Shown here: positions 1-9,733 of the stretch, in pieces
Layout of the letters: the number at the start of each line of letters is the position of its first letter
How positions within the stretch are numbered: the first letter of the stretch is position 1
Assembly (NCBI GenBank): GCA_044229975.1
Contig: JBGARZ010000021.1
Location: 32,001-96,000, forward strand
Direction of reading: 5' to 3'
DNA from: Polyangiales bacterium
GTDB taxonomy: Bacteria > Myxococcota_A > Polyangia > Polyangiales > Ga0077539
Length of the DNA: 64,000 nt
Made by a program: the position numbers and the translations under genes
Notes under the pieces: model-generated
What the model was told of the DNA's origin: nothing
What the model saw: only the letters and a program-made list of their open reading frames with translations
The model's database searches: none

Positions 1-1200
1 GTGATGGCGCGCGAGTTCATCCCCAGTGTCGCCACGGGCTTCGGCGCAACGTGGGAGCGCCTCGTCGACGCCCTCCGTTCACGCCTCGTCGAGCAGGACC
101 CGGCCGACCCCGAGGCGCTCGCCCTCGCGCGGCAGATCACGCGCGCCGCGCGCACGCCCACCGAGCGGCTGCGGGCGCTGCACCACTGGGTGCTCGACAA
201 CATCCAACAGGAAGGCGCCGGAACCCCCTTCGAGCTCGCGCCCCGCATGCTCGCGGCCCGGGCGGGTCATCGCACACGGGTGCTCTGCTACCTGCTCAAG
301 CAGGTGGATGTCCCGTGCGAGCTGTCGCTGGTGCGCCAGGGCAGCGCCGACTCGACGCGCTCGCAGCTCGCCGACGACGAGACCTACCAGTCACTGCTCC
401 TCCGCGTGCAGACCGAGGCGGGTGAGCGCTGGGTGACCGCCGCCGACGCCAACTCGCCGACGCTGTACATCCCGCCCGCGACCGCGGGGGGCGAGGCGCT
501 GGTGCTCGCCGCCGGGGCGCCGCGATCGCGCGTCAACGACCTCGACATCAACGCGCACGGTCGGCAGCTCACCGTGAACCTCGCGCTCTCGGCCGACGGG
601 TCGGGTCGCGCGACGGTGCTCGAACGCCTGCGCGGCTACGCGGCGACGGGCGCGCGCGCGGCGATGCGTCGGCTCGACGCGGCCAACCGCGATCGGCAGT
701 TCGAGGCATACGTCGGGGCGATGGTGAGCGGCGCGACGCTGGAGTCGCTCGTCGTCGAAGGGACCCAGGACGTCGAGGCCGACATGGTGTTCCGGTACAC
801 CTTCCGCGCGGCGGGGCTCGCTCGCCTCGACGGCGACCGGCTGCGCTTCGACGGGATGTTTCGCGCCGAGGCCGGCCGCGCCTACGCCGAACTCCCCGCC
901 CGCCGGTTTCCCCAGTGGAACGGCGACCCCGTCAACGCGTCGCTCTCGCTCACCGTCGCGCTGCCCGCGGGCGCCACGCTGGGCTCGCTCCCCACCGACG
1001 CGAGCGACGAGTCCGCGGGTGGTGTTCGCTGGTCGCTCCAGTGGCGCGCTGTCCCGACGGGCTTCTCCGTCGAGCGTCGCGTGACCGTCCCCACCGGGCG
1101 CGTGAGCCCCGCCGACTACCCCGCCTTCGCCACCTCGTTGCGCGCGCTCGACACCGCGGACACCCGCGAGGTCGCCATCACCGTGCGCCCCGCCCGCTGA
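1..1200 (+). CDS. DUF3857/transglutaminase-like (DUF3858-type) protein, C-terminal part (5' truncated)
   Basis: TGase-like segment (RLRALHHWVLDNI...LAARAG) and typical C-terminal beta domain (ERRVTVPTGRVSPADYPAF). No catalytic Cys seen at the expected position. ORF runs off the window edge. Confidence 0.7.
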   Translation: MMAREFIPSVATGFGATWERLVDALRSRLVEQDPADPEALALARQITRAARTPTERLRALHHWVLDNIQQEGAGTPFELAPRMLAARAGHRTRVLCYLLKQVDVPCELSLVRQGSADSTRSQLADDETYQSLLLRVQTEAGERWVTAADANSPTLYIPPATAGGEALVLAAGAPRSRVNDLDINAHGRQLTVNLALSADGSGRATVLERLRGYAATGARAAMRRLDAANRDRQFEAYVGAMVSGATLESLVVEGTQDVEADMVFRYTFRAAGLARLDGDRLRFDGMFRAEAGRAYAELPARRFPQWNGDPVNASLSLTVALPAGATLGSLPTDASDESAGGVRWSLQWRAVPTGFSVERRVTVPTGRVSPADYPAFATSLRALDTADTREVAITVRPAR

Positions 1201-1203
1201 TAT

Positions 1204-2235
1204 CTACGGATCGCCCGTCACATCGACCGCGGCGAAGGGCTCGTGCTCGATGAGCTGCACCGCGCGGAAGCGGTAGAGCGTCACGTCGGGTCGCAGGTAC
1301 CCCGGCGCGGCGATGCCTCGCTGGTGCGCGAGGTCGCTCAGCGCCGCCACCGGGTCGACCGCGGGTGTGCCCGGAGCGCCCGGGAGCACGTACTCCCAGT
1401 TGACCGAGCGCTCATATCCGACCGACCAGCCAGCGCCCGCCGCGCGCCGCAAGAACTCTGGCGACCGCGCCCCCAGCACGCCCTTGTCGTGGAAGATCAC
1501 GACGCTGATGCGCCGCGTGAGGAGCGCGTTGTGCAGGGTGCCGACGCGGTCCTGCGTGGGCGTGCTCCAGTGGTTCATGAGCGAGAAGGTCGCGTCGAGC
1601 AGGGCGCGGGCGATCGATCCGCCGCGGGCCGAGCGCCAGATGAGGGGCGTGCCGTCGAGGTTGCGGACGACGATGCCGACCTCGACCGGGTGGGCGCGGC
1701 GCAGGGCCTCGGGGAAGATGCGCTCCGACGGGGCGGCGGCGCCCGTCAGCACGAGGCGCGCGACGGAGACGAGGCGACGGGCGTCTTCGGCGCCGATGGC
1801 CACGGGCTCGTCGCGCTCGTAGAGGGCGGTGCTGTCGTCCATGAAGACGGCGGTGAGGCCGCTCACGGGGCGCAGCGTCGCGAGGCGCGCGGCGACGCTC
1901 CCCGCGGGGGCGCGGACGACGCCGTCAGTACGGACGAGCAGACCGTCGAGGTGGGCGGCGGACATCGCGGCGCCCACGGCATTGCCGTCGATGCCATCGA
2001 GCGCGGCGCCGAGCCCCGCGACGCGGCGGGCGTCGGTGATGGCGGTCTCCAACGAGGGCATCCCGATGGGGACGCCACCGAGCACGGCGACGGTGCCGCG
2101 GTCACGGAGCTGGTCGGCGAGGCGGTCGTAGCGGGCCGACCAGGGCGCGCGGACGAGGCCGGTACGCCAGGCGGCGCCGAGGGCCACGAGCAACAGCGAC
2201 GCGACGAGGGCGACGATCCAGAGGGCCTTACGCAT
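1204..2235 (-). CDS. Membrane-anchored hypothetical protein with a divergent AMMECR1-like C-terminal domain
   Basis: N-terminal hydrophobic helix. RRLVSVARLVL and LSDLAHQRGIAAPGYLRPDVTLYRFRAVQLIE resemble the AMMECR1 start and end motifs. Confidence 0.5.
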   Translation of the reverse strand: MRKALWIVALVASLLLVALGAAWRTGLVRAPWSARYDRLADQLRDRGTVAVLGGVPIGMPSLETAITDARRVAGLGAALDGIDGNAVGAAMSAAHLDGLLVRTDGVVRAPAGSVAARLATLRPVSGLTAVFMDDSTALYERDEPVAIGAEDARRLVSVARLVLTGAAAPSERIFPEALRRAHPVEVGIVVRNLDGTPLIWRSARGGSIARALLDATFSLMNHWSTPTQDRVGTLHNALLTRRISVVIFHDKGVLGARSPEFLRRAAGAGWSVGYERSVNWEYVLPGAPGTPAVDPVAALSDLAHQRGIAAPGYLRPDVTLYRFRAVQLIEHEPFAAVDVTGDP

Positions 2236-2375
2236 GAGCGGCGGACCTATACCGCCAAGCGCGGCGCTTCACTACCCGTCGGCGGTTGCACGCGACGGGG
2301 AGGCGGGTGGTGTATCTTCCGCGCCCGCTATCGAAGCCGAAGCGTGAAGAGACATCCTGTGAAGGGAGCTGCGAC

Positions 2376-3491
2376 GTGATCATTGGCGTTCCGAAGGAGA
2401 TCAAGACCCGCGAGTACCGTATCGGCATGACGCCCGCGGGCGTCCGCCAGCTGGTGACGCAGGGGCACACGGTGCTCGTCGAGACCCGCGCGGGCGAAGG
2501 CTCGGGGCTGCGCGACGAGCAGTTCGTCCAGGCGGGCGCCACCATCGCCCAGTCCGCGAGCGAGGTGTGGAACCGCTCCGACATGGTCATGAAGGTCAAG
2601 GAGCCGCTGCCCGCGGAGTTCGAGTACTTCCGCCCGGGGCTCGTGATCTACACGTACCTCCACCTCGCGGCCGAGCCGGTGCTCACGCGCAAGCTGCTGG
2701 AGAAGAAGGTGCGCGCGGTGGCCTACGAGACCATCCAGCTCCCCGACGGGTCGCTCCCGCTCCTGCGTCCGATGAGCGAGGTCGCTGGTCGCATGGCCGT
2801 GCAGGCGGGCGCTACGTCGCTGGAGAAGTGGCGCGGCGGGAAGGGCGTGCTGCTCGGCGGCGTGCCCGGTACGCGGCGCGGTCGCGTGGCCATCCTCGGC
2901 GGCGGCGTCGTGGGTCGCAACGCGGCGAAGATCGCCATCGGCATGGGCGCGCAGGTCACCGTGCTCGACGTGAAGCCCGAGACCATGGACTACCTCGAAG
3001 ACATCTTCGGCGGATCCATCGAGACGCTCTACTCCAACCCGGCCAACCTCGAAGAAGCCGTCACCCGCGCCGACCTCGTCATCGGCGCCGTGCTCGTGCC
3101 GGGCGCCGTCGCGCCGCGCCTCGTCGACCGCGCGCTCGTCTCCAAGATGGAGAAGGGCTCGGTCATCGTCGACGTCGCCGTCGACCAGGGCGGCTGCATC
3201 GAGACCGTGCGCCCCACGAGCCACGACAACCCGACCTACGAGGTCGACGGCGTCATCCACTACTGCGTGCCCAACATGCCGGGCGCGGTCGCGCACACGT
3301 CTACCTTCGCGCTGACCAACACCACCATCCGCTACGCCATCGCCATCGCCAACCACGGCATCGTCGGCGCCGCGCGGCGCGACCCGGTGCTCGCGCTCGG
3401 CATCAACTGCTTCGACGGCGCGTGCACCTACGAGGCCGTGGCGAGCGCCCACTCGCTCGAACACACCGCCCTCGCGACCGCGCTCGGCTGA
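2376..3491 (+). CDS. ald: Alanine dehydrogenase
   Basis: [65 protein letters not shown] start after a GAAGGGAG ribosome-binding site. Confidence 0.97.
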   Translation: MIIGVPKEIKTREYRIGMTPAGVRQLVTQGHTVLVETRAGEGSGLRDEQFVQAGATIAQSASEVWNRSDMVMKVKEPLPAEFEYFRPGLVIYTYLHLAAEPVLTRKLLEKKVRAVAYETIQLPDGSLPLLRPMSEVAGRMAVQAGATSLEKWRGGKGVLLGGVPGTRRGRVAILGGGVVGRNAAKIAIGMGAQVTVLDVKPETMDYLEDIFGGSIETLYSNPANLEEAVTRADLVIGAVLVPGAVAPRLVDRALVSKMEKGSVIVDVAVDQGGCIETVRPTSHDNPTYEVDGVIHYCVPNMPGAVAHTSTFALTNTTIRYAIAIANHGIVGAARRDPVLALGINCFDGACTYEAVASAHSLEHTALATALG

Positions 3492-3516
3492 CCCTTCTCG
3501 TCGGAGACACTTCCCC

Positions 3517-4806
3517 ATGAACTTCATCGAAGAGCTGCGCGCTCGCGGCCTCGTGCACGCCGTCTCCGAGGAGGCCGCGCTCGCCGAGGCCCTCGCGGCG
3601 GGCCCCGTCACCGGATACATCGGCTTCGACCCCACGGCTGCGAGCCTGCATGTGGGGCATCTGCTCCAGATCCTGACGCTGGTGCGGCTCCAGCGCGCCG
3701 GGCACCGGCCCATCGCGATCGCGGGCGGCGGAACAGGCCTCATCGGTGACCCGAGCGGCAAGGCGAGCGAGCGCAGCATGCTCACCACGGAGAAGCTCGC
3801 GGAGAACCTCGCGGGCATCCGCGCGCAGCTCGCCCGTCACCTCGACTTCAACGACAGCCCCACCGGCGCGGTGATGGTCGACAACGCCGAGTGGCTCGGC
3901 AAGATCGGTCTGCTGGAGTTCTTGCGCGACGTCGGCAAGCACTTCTCGGTCAACGCGATGGTGCAGCGCGACTCGGTGCGCACCCGCCTGGAGCAGCGCG
4001 AGCAGGGCATCTCGTACACGGAGTTCAGCTACATGCTGCTCCAGGCGTACGACTTCCTCGCGCTGTACGACCGCTTCGGCTGCACGCTCCAGCTCGGTGG
4101 CAGCGACCAGTGGGGCAACATCCTCTCCGGGGTCGACCTCGTGCGCCGCCTCCGCAACGGCAGCGCGTACGGCGTCACCACGCCGCTGCTCACGCGCAGC
4201 GACGGGAAGAAGTTCGGCAAGAGCGAGGAGGGCAACGTGTGGCTCGACCCCGCGCTCACGTCGCCGTACGAGTTCTACCAATTCTGGCTCAACGCCGCGG
4301 ACGCCGACGTCGAGAAGTACCTCCTCGCCCTCACGCTCGAACCCGTCGACGCCATCAAGGCGTGCCTCGCGGAGCACCTCGCCGCGCCGCAGAAGCGGCT
4401 CGCGCAGGAGATGCTCGCCGCGTCCGTCACCCGCTTCGTCCACGGGGGCGAAGCGCTCGCCAACGCGCAGCGCACCACCGAGGTGCTCTTCAAGGGTGGC
4501 GACCTGCGCGAGCTCGCGGCGGTCGATCTGGCGGCGGCCTTCAAGGGCGCGCCGAGCCACGAGGTCGCCCGCTCGCTCCTCGGAACGCCCGACGCAGGCT
4601 TCGTGAAGGTGCTGGCCGACGCGGGGCTCTTCAAGTCGCGCGGCGAGGCGCGCAGCTTCGTCGGACAGGGCGGTGCGTCGATCAACGGCGTGGCCGTCTC
4701 CGACGTGCAGCGGGTGCTCGTCGCCGACGATCTCCTGCCTGGTGGTTTCATTGCGCTCCGCAAGGGTCGCAAGAGCTGGCACCTGGTGCGGGTCATCGAG
4801 GGCTGA
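3517..4806 (+). CDS. tyrS: Tyrosine--tRNA ligase
   Basis: [15 protein letters not shown] (HIGH motif), [29 protein letters not shown] (KMSKS motif), C-terminal S4 domain. Confidence 0.98.
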   Translation: MNFIEELRARGLVHAVSEEAALAEALAAGPVTGYIGFDPTAASLHVGHLLQILTLVRLQRAGHRPIAIAGGGTGLIGDPSGKASERSMLTTEKLAENLAGIRAQLARHLDFNDSPTGAVMVDNAEWLGKIGLLEFLRDVGKHFSVNAMVQRDSVRTRLEQREQGISYTEFSYMLLQAYDFLALYDRFGCTLQLGGSDQWGNILSGVDLVRRLRNGSAYGVTTPLLTRSDGKKFGKSEEGNVWLDPALTSPYEFYQFWLNAADADVEKYLLALTLEPVDAIKACLAEHLAAPQKRLAQEMLAASVTRFVHGGEALANAQRTTEVLFKGGDLRELAAVDLAAAFKGAPSHEVARSLLGTPDAGFVKVLADAGLFKSRGEARSFVGQGGASINGVAVSDVQRVLVADDLLPGGFIALRKGRKSWHLVRVIEG

Positions 4807-4841
4807 TGCATCGTTGCCGCGGCCTGGGATAGAGTCGCCGC

Positions 4842-7490
4842 GTGTGGACGCGTGTTGGACTCGGGTCGCGCCTCGGTGCGCTGGTGATGGTCGCGGGCTC
4901 GTGGGGATGTTCGTTTCCCACGAGTGAGTTTCAGATCAGGGAGGCGCGGCCCGACACGGGCGCGGTCGACACCGGGACCGACGTCGCGGTCGCGACCGAC
5001 GTGCCCACCATCGACACCCCGACCCTTGATACTCCCGGCACCGATGTCGTCGCGGCCGACAGCGTCGACGCCGGGTCACCCACCGACGTCAGCCTGAGCT
5101 GTAGCGCCGATGTGCCGTGCGCCGCGGGGGCGGCGTGCTGTGGCGGGACCTGCGTGCAGGTGCAGACCGACGCCCGCAACTGCGGCGCGTGCGGAACCGT
5201 CTGCGCCACGGGCCAGACCTGCTGCGGCGGCGCGTGCACCGAGATCGCGACCGACGCCCGCAACTGCGGCGCCTGCGGGAGCGTCTGTGACTTCGCCAAC
5301 GGCACGGCGCGGTGTGCCGCGGGCGTGTGCGCGGGCGGAACCTGCGCGGCCGGCTTCGGCGACTGCGACCTCATGGCGAGCAACGGCTGCGAGGCGAACC
5401 TCGCCGAGTCGCCGCAGCACTGCTCGATGTGCGGCCGCGCTTGTATGGCTGGGGCCAACGCCACGTCGCGCTGCGAGAGCATGGCCTGCGTGACGACGTG
5501 CGAGCCCGGCTACGACAACTGCAACGGCAGCGCGGCGGATGGGTGCGAGGCGCAGCTCTCGACGTCCAACGCCCACTGCGGGATGTGCGGTCGCACGTGC
5601 ACGGCGGGGCCCAACGCGGTGGCGGCCTGCTCCAGCGGAGCTTGCACGATCACCTGCGCCATGGGCTTCGCGGACTGCGACGGCAGCCCGGCCAACGGGT
5701 GCGAGGTGAACACCGTCACGTCGCCTGCCAACTGCGGCGCGTGCGGGCGGGTCTGCTCTTTGCCCAATGTGTCCACGGCGACCTGCGGGTCGTCGATGTG
5801 CGCGGTCGTGTCCGGGACCTCGGCTTGCTCTGCGGGCTACGGCAACTGCGACAGCGACATCGCCAACGGGTGCGAGGCCAACGTTCGGCTCGACTCCCGC
5901 AACTGCGGCGCGTGCGGCACGGTGTGCGCCGCGGGGAGCGTGTGCAGCAACGGGACGTGCCAGTCGACGTGTGCGACGGGCACCACGCTCTGCGCGGGGG
6001 CGTGTGTCGATGTGACGTCCAACGCGGCGCACTGCGGGACGTGCGGGCGGGTGTGCTCGCTCCCCAACGCGACGGCGGGCTGCGCGTCGGCGGCGTGTAC
6101 GGTGACGGCGTGCGCGGCGGGCTTTGGCAACTGCGACGCGGTGGCGGCCAACGGGTGCGAGGTCAACACCAACACCGACCCGCGCAACTGCGGCGCGTGC
6201 GGCGAGGTCTGCAACTCCACCAACGGCACGTCGACCTGCGCGGCGGGTCGGTGCAGCATCGCGTGCACGGCGGGCTTCGCGGACTGCAACCGCGACCCCG
6301 ACGACGGGTGCGAGACCAACACGCGCACGAGCGTGGCCAACTGCGGCGCGTGCGGGACGACGTGCAGCACCCCCAACGCGACGCCCGTGTGTACGAGCGG
6401 GGCCTGCGCGGTCGGTACCTGCGCGCGCGACCGCGCCGACTGCGATCGGGCGGTGGCGAACGGGTGCGAGGTCGACACGTCGAGCGACGCGCTCAACTGC
6501 GGCGCGTGCGGGACGATTTGCCGCTCGGGCACCGTGTGCTCGGACGGGCTGTGCCAGGTGGCGTGCAGCGGCCGGCTGACGGCGTGCGGCGGTCGTTGCG
6601 TCGACCTCAACTCGGACGAGGCCAACTGCGGCTCGTGCGGTCGTCGGTGCTCCACGTTGCTCACGTGCCGACTCGGGGCGTGCGTCTTCCCGCCGCCGGT
6701 CAACGACCTGTGCAGCGCGGCGACGGAGCTCAACCTGGCGGCGGGGTCGCGCATCGCGGTGACCGGAACGCTGGTGGGAGCCTCGCGCGAGGTGACGCCT
6801 TCGTGTGGCGCGCTGGGGACGGCGGATGTGTTCTATCGGCTGACGCTGACGCGGCGCGAGATCGTGTACGCCGACACCTTCGGGTCGACCGTGGACACCA
6901 AGCTGTTCTTCATGAACTCGTGCACGGCGACGACGGCCACGCAGACCACGGGCGACTCGGTGTGCGACGACGATCGCGGGCTTACCTGCACGGGCGGGAC
7001 GACCGGGGCGCAGGTGTTCACGGTGCTCAACGCCGGGACGTACTACCTCGCGGTGGGCTTGCAGACCGGGGCGACGGGGTCGTTCTCGTTGCAGCTCGAA
7101 CATCTCCCGGTGGGGAGCGGTCGGGTCGCTCCGCTCGCGCGGGGCTCGAGCACGCTGATCGGGACGACGTCGGGCACGAGCGGATACAGCGGGAGCTGCG
7201 GTGGAACGGGTCCCGAGGCGACGTTCTGGTGGGCGTCGTGCCCGGAGACGGTGGCGGGGACCTTCACGGCGGCGACGTGCCTGGGGACGACGTTTGACCC
7301 GGTGCTCAACCTCCTCAACGGGACCGGCACGGGGCAGACGTGCAGCACGACGCCGATCGGCGGGAGCTGCTCGACCAACAGCGCGGCCATCACGCCGTCG
7401 GTCGCTGGCGGTGCGGGCATCCACGCGCTCATCGTGGACGGCTTTGGCGGCGGTCTCGGCAACTACTCGGTCAATGTGACGCGACCGTGA
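4842..7490 (+). CDS. Large Cys-rich repeat lipoprotein (myxobacterial NCGACG repeats) with C-terminal beta-sandwich/PPC-like domains
   Basis: Lipobox SWGC. Seven G(F/Y)xDC...(N/D)GCE-type units plus NCGACG units. C-terminal NDLC...ADVFY...DTKL...GTYYLAV and HALIVDG modules. Confidence 0.8.
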   Translation: MWTRVGLGSRLGALVMVAGSWGCSFPTSEFQIREARPDTGAVDTGTDVAVATDVPTIDTPTLDTPGTDVVAADSVDAGSPTDVSLSCSADVPCAAGAACCGGTCVQVQTDARNCGACGTVCATGQTCCGGACTEIATDARNCGACGSVCDFANGTARCAAGVCAGGTCAAGFGDCDLMASNGCEANLAESPQHCSMCGRACMAGANATSRCESMACVTTCEPGYDNCNGSAADGCEAQLSTSNAHCGMCGRTCTAGPNAVAACSSGACTITCAMGFADCDGSPANGCEVNTVTSPANCGACGRVCSLPNVSTATCGSSMCAVVSGTSACSAGYGNCDSDIANGCEANVRLDSRNCGACGTVCAAGSVCSNGTCQSTCATGTTLCAGACVDVTSNAAHCGTCGRVCSLPNATAGCASAACTVTACAAGFGNCDAVAANGCEVNTNTDPRNCGACGEVCNSTNGTSTCAAGRCSIACTAGFADCNRDPDDGCETNTRTSVANCGACGTTCSTPNATPVCTSGACAVGTCARDRADCDRAVANGCEVDTSSDALNCGACGTICRSGTVCSDGLCQVACSGRLTACGGRCVDLNSDEANCGSCGRRCSTLLTCRLGACVFPPPVNDLCSAATELNLAAGSRIAVTGTLVGASREVTPSCGALGTADVFYRLTLTRREIVYADTFGSTVDTKLFFMNSCTATTATQTTGDSVCDDDRGLTCTGGTTGAQVFTVLNAGTYYLAVGLQTGATGSFSLQLEHLPVGSGRVAPLARGSSTLIGTTSGTSGYSGSCGGTGPEATFWWASCPETVAGTFTAATCLGTTFDPVLNLLNGTGTGQTCSTTPIGGSCSTNSAAITPSVAGGAGIHALIVDGFGGGLGNYSVNVTRP

Positions 7491-7544
7491 GCGGCGGGGT
7501 GACGGCGAGGCGCTGACCAATCCGTGGCGCGCCCGAGAGTCACG

Positions 7545-7574
7545 TTGACGGCGTCTCGCGAGGGACGATAGCGT
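7545..7574 (+). promoter_or_regulatory. Putative sigma70-type promoter (TTGACG-18 bp-TAGCGT), probably leaderless onto ATG 7583
   Basis: Motifs read directly. The -10 ends 8 nt before ATG 7583. Confidence 0.45.
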
Positions 7575-7576
7575 CG

Positions 7577-8062
7577 ATGGGGATGGCACATCGGCGTGGG
7601 TATGGGTCGGGTGTTGCCACGTTCGCGTTGCTGCTGGCGGGGCTCTCGCTGGGCGCCGGGTGTGGCAACTCGGGCACCGCGACGGGCGACGACGGCGGGC
7701 TCGGGGGTGACCTGGGCGCGGTCGACGGCGAGGTGGTCGACACGGGCGTGACGGTCGACGCCGGGCCCATCGATGCGGGCGTGGTCACCGACAACGGGAT
7801 GACCAACGACGCGGGTGGGGGGACGGACGTGGTCGCGGTCGACGCGTCGGACGGTGGCGGCACCGACGGCGGAGGCGGTGATGGAGGCGTGACACGGCGC
7901 GGGCGCGCGGGCGCGTCGCTGGTGTCGGCGGGGTCGCTGATGCAGTCGGCGCGGTTCCAGATGATTTCGACGCTCGGCGGACGGAGCGTTCAGCAGACGT
8001 TTTTGCAATCGCCCAACTACCGGCTGCGCGGCGGCCTGGTGGGCACGATCGGAGCGCGGTGA
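7577..8062 (+). CDS. Small lipoprotein with acidic D/G linker and C-terminal beta-rich motif; probable partner of the downstream fibre
   Basis: Lipobox GAGC. C-terminus SAGSLMQSARFQMISTLG...SPNYRLRGGLVG. Stop overlaps the next start (GTGA). The real start may be 7583. Confidence 0.7.
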   Translation: MGMAHRRGYGSGVATFALLLAGLSLGAGCGNSGTATGDDGGLGGDLGAVDGEVVDTGVTVDAGPIDAGVVTDNGMTNDAGGGTDVVAVDASDGGGTDGGGGDGGVTRRGRAGASLVSAGSLMQSARFQMISTLGGRSVQQTFLQSPNYRLRGGLVGTIGAR

Positions 8063-9654
8063 CGATGAGGACTTCGATGAACGGTGGAATCGCGGCGCGG
8101 GCGTGGCGCGGGGTGATCGGGGCGGCGGTGCTGGCGGCGCTGTGCGCGGTGCCGTCGATGGCGTCGGCGCAGGTGCCGACGACGATGATCCACCAGGGTC
8201 GGCTCCTTGACCGGGCGGGCGCTGGGGTGACCGGGTCGCAGTCGCTGGTCTATCGCATCTACGACAGCGCGACGGGGGGCACGCCCATCTGGACCGAGAC
8301 GCTGACGGTGACCCTGGATGACGGGTACTTCTCGACGCAGCTCGGGTCGACGACGCCGCTGACGCCGGCGGTGTTTGCGGGTCGCACGCGCTTCCTCGGG
8401 GTGACGGTGGGCACCGACCCGGAGATGACGCCGCGGGAGCCGATGGGGAGCGTTCCGTATGCGCTGGTGGCGGGCAACGTCACCGGGGACATCACGCCGA
8501 CGAGCATCACGGTGGGGGGGACGCAGATCGTCGACTCGATGGGCCGCTGGGTGGGCGCATCGAGCGGGCCATCGGGCCCGGCGGGTCCTGCGGGGCCGAT
8601 GGGTCCGGCGGGACCAACGGGGCCGGCGGGGCCGGCGGGAGCGACTGGACCAGCGGGGCCTGCCGGACCGGCGGGGCCTGCCGGGCCGTCGGCGGTAAAC
8701 ATCGGCTGTGAACGGGGGCTGATGCTGGGTGGCGTGTGCGTGGTCGGCATCGACAACAGCGGGCCAGGCTCTGATTGGAACCTGGCGGCGAGCACCTGCG
8801 CGGGCCTGGGCGGGGATTTGTGTAGCCCCATGCAATATGCCGTGATCCGCGACGACCAAAACGGCACGGGTCGGTACATGTTCTATACGGGCACACTGCG
8901 CCGTGCGGTTTGGTCGTCTAGCTTCTCGGACAATGACGGCGGTCGACTCTCCAGCTACCTCCAAAGCGCGGATGATCCGGTGCTCAGCAATGGGTATGGC
9001 TACGCGTGCTGCGCCAACATCACTCCCCCCGAGTTCCGCGGTCGAGCTGAGTTGGTGCGGGCCATGGGCTCACCGGACATGGGCGTCCAGGTGACCTACC
9101 TCAACAATCGAGAGGAGAGTTCTGCGCTGCTCGCAACCAACATTTGTGCGTCACTAAGGAGTGACCTCTGCTCCAAGGCACAGTACGTCACCTTGAATGA
9201 CGCTGGCCGTTTCTCGGGTGCAACGCGACGGTTGACGCGGGAGATGTCGGACAACGATAGTGGTACCTTCAACGCGATTGTCGGTTCAAACACCGCTGAC
9301 GATCCGGTCTGGAATAACGCGTGGGCATTTGCTTGCTGTGCTTCGCAGCGGCCGGTCGACAACACGTGCCCCTCCCCGGGCACGGTGGTCAACAACGTCT
9401 GCGTCTTGGATGTACACACGACCGAGGACAGTAGCTTCCTTGATGCCGCTCGAGCTTGCGCGCGCATGGGAGCCGACGTCTGCACAAACAGCCAGATGCA
9501 GAACATCCGCAACGCCGGCCGCCTGCCGGGGATCCGAGCTTGGACCAACAGTGGGGCCGACAACGACGTCCTCCGAGTAGGCGGTTTGCTTCCCAGCATG
9601 CCAGACAACCCGAACCCGCTGACCGACCGGTTCGGCTACGCCTGCTGCCTCTGA
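8059..9654 (+). CDS. Secreted collagen-like fibre protein with three C-terminal C-type-lectin/Link-like repeats
   Basis: Signal peptide (ASA|QVP), N-domain IHQGRL...RIYDSATGGTPIWTE...SVPYA, 14 Gly-X-Y triplets, three repeats ending (Y/F)ACC. Confidence 0.8.
   Translation: MTMRTSMNGGIAARAWRGVIGAAVLAALCAVPSMASAQVPTTMIHQGRLLDRAGAGVTGSQSLVYRIYDSATGGTPIWTETLTVTLDDGYFSTQLGSTTPLTPAVFAGRTRFLGVTVGTDPEMTPREPMGSVPYALVAGNVTGDITPTSITVGGTQIVDSMGRWVGASSGPSGPAGPAGPMGPAGPTGPAGPAGATGPAGPAGPAGPAGPSAVNIGCERGLMLGGVCVVGIDNSGPGSDWNLAASTCAGLGGDLCSPMQYAVIRDDQNGTGRYMFYTGTLRRAVWSSSFSDNDGGRLSSYLQSADDPVLSNGYGYACCANITPPEFRGRAELVRAMGSPDMGVQVTYLNNREESSALLATNICASLRSDLCSKAQYVTLNDAGRFSGATRRLTREMSDNDSGTFNAIVGSNTADDPVWNNAWAFACCASQRPVDNTCPSPGTVVNNVCVLDVHTTEDSSFLDAARACARMGADVCTNSQMQNIRNAGRLPGIRAWTNSGADNDVLRVGGLLPSMPDNPNPLTDRFGYACCL
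8566..8691 (+). repeat. Collagen-like (Gly-X-Y)14 coding repeat
   Basis: GPSGPAGPAGPMGPAGPTGPAGPAGATGPAGPAGPAGPAGPS. Confidence 0.95.
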
Positions 9655-9733
9655 TTCGTCGTCCACTTCGCTGCCAAATCCCCACAGTTCGCTCGACACG
9701 CCGCGGCGCGACTAATGCGTTGAAGGAGGAGCT

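Noticed and set aside
8059..9654. Prophage tail-fibre gene
   Set aside because: It has a Sec signal peptide, and no phage structural, integrase or lysis genes are nearby.
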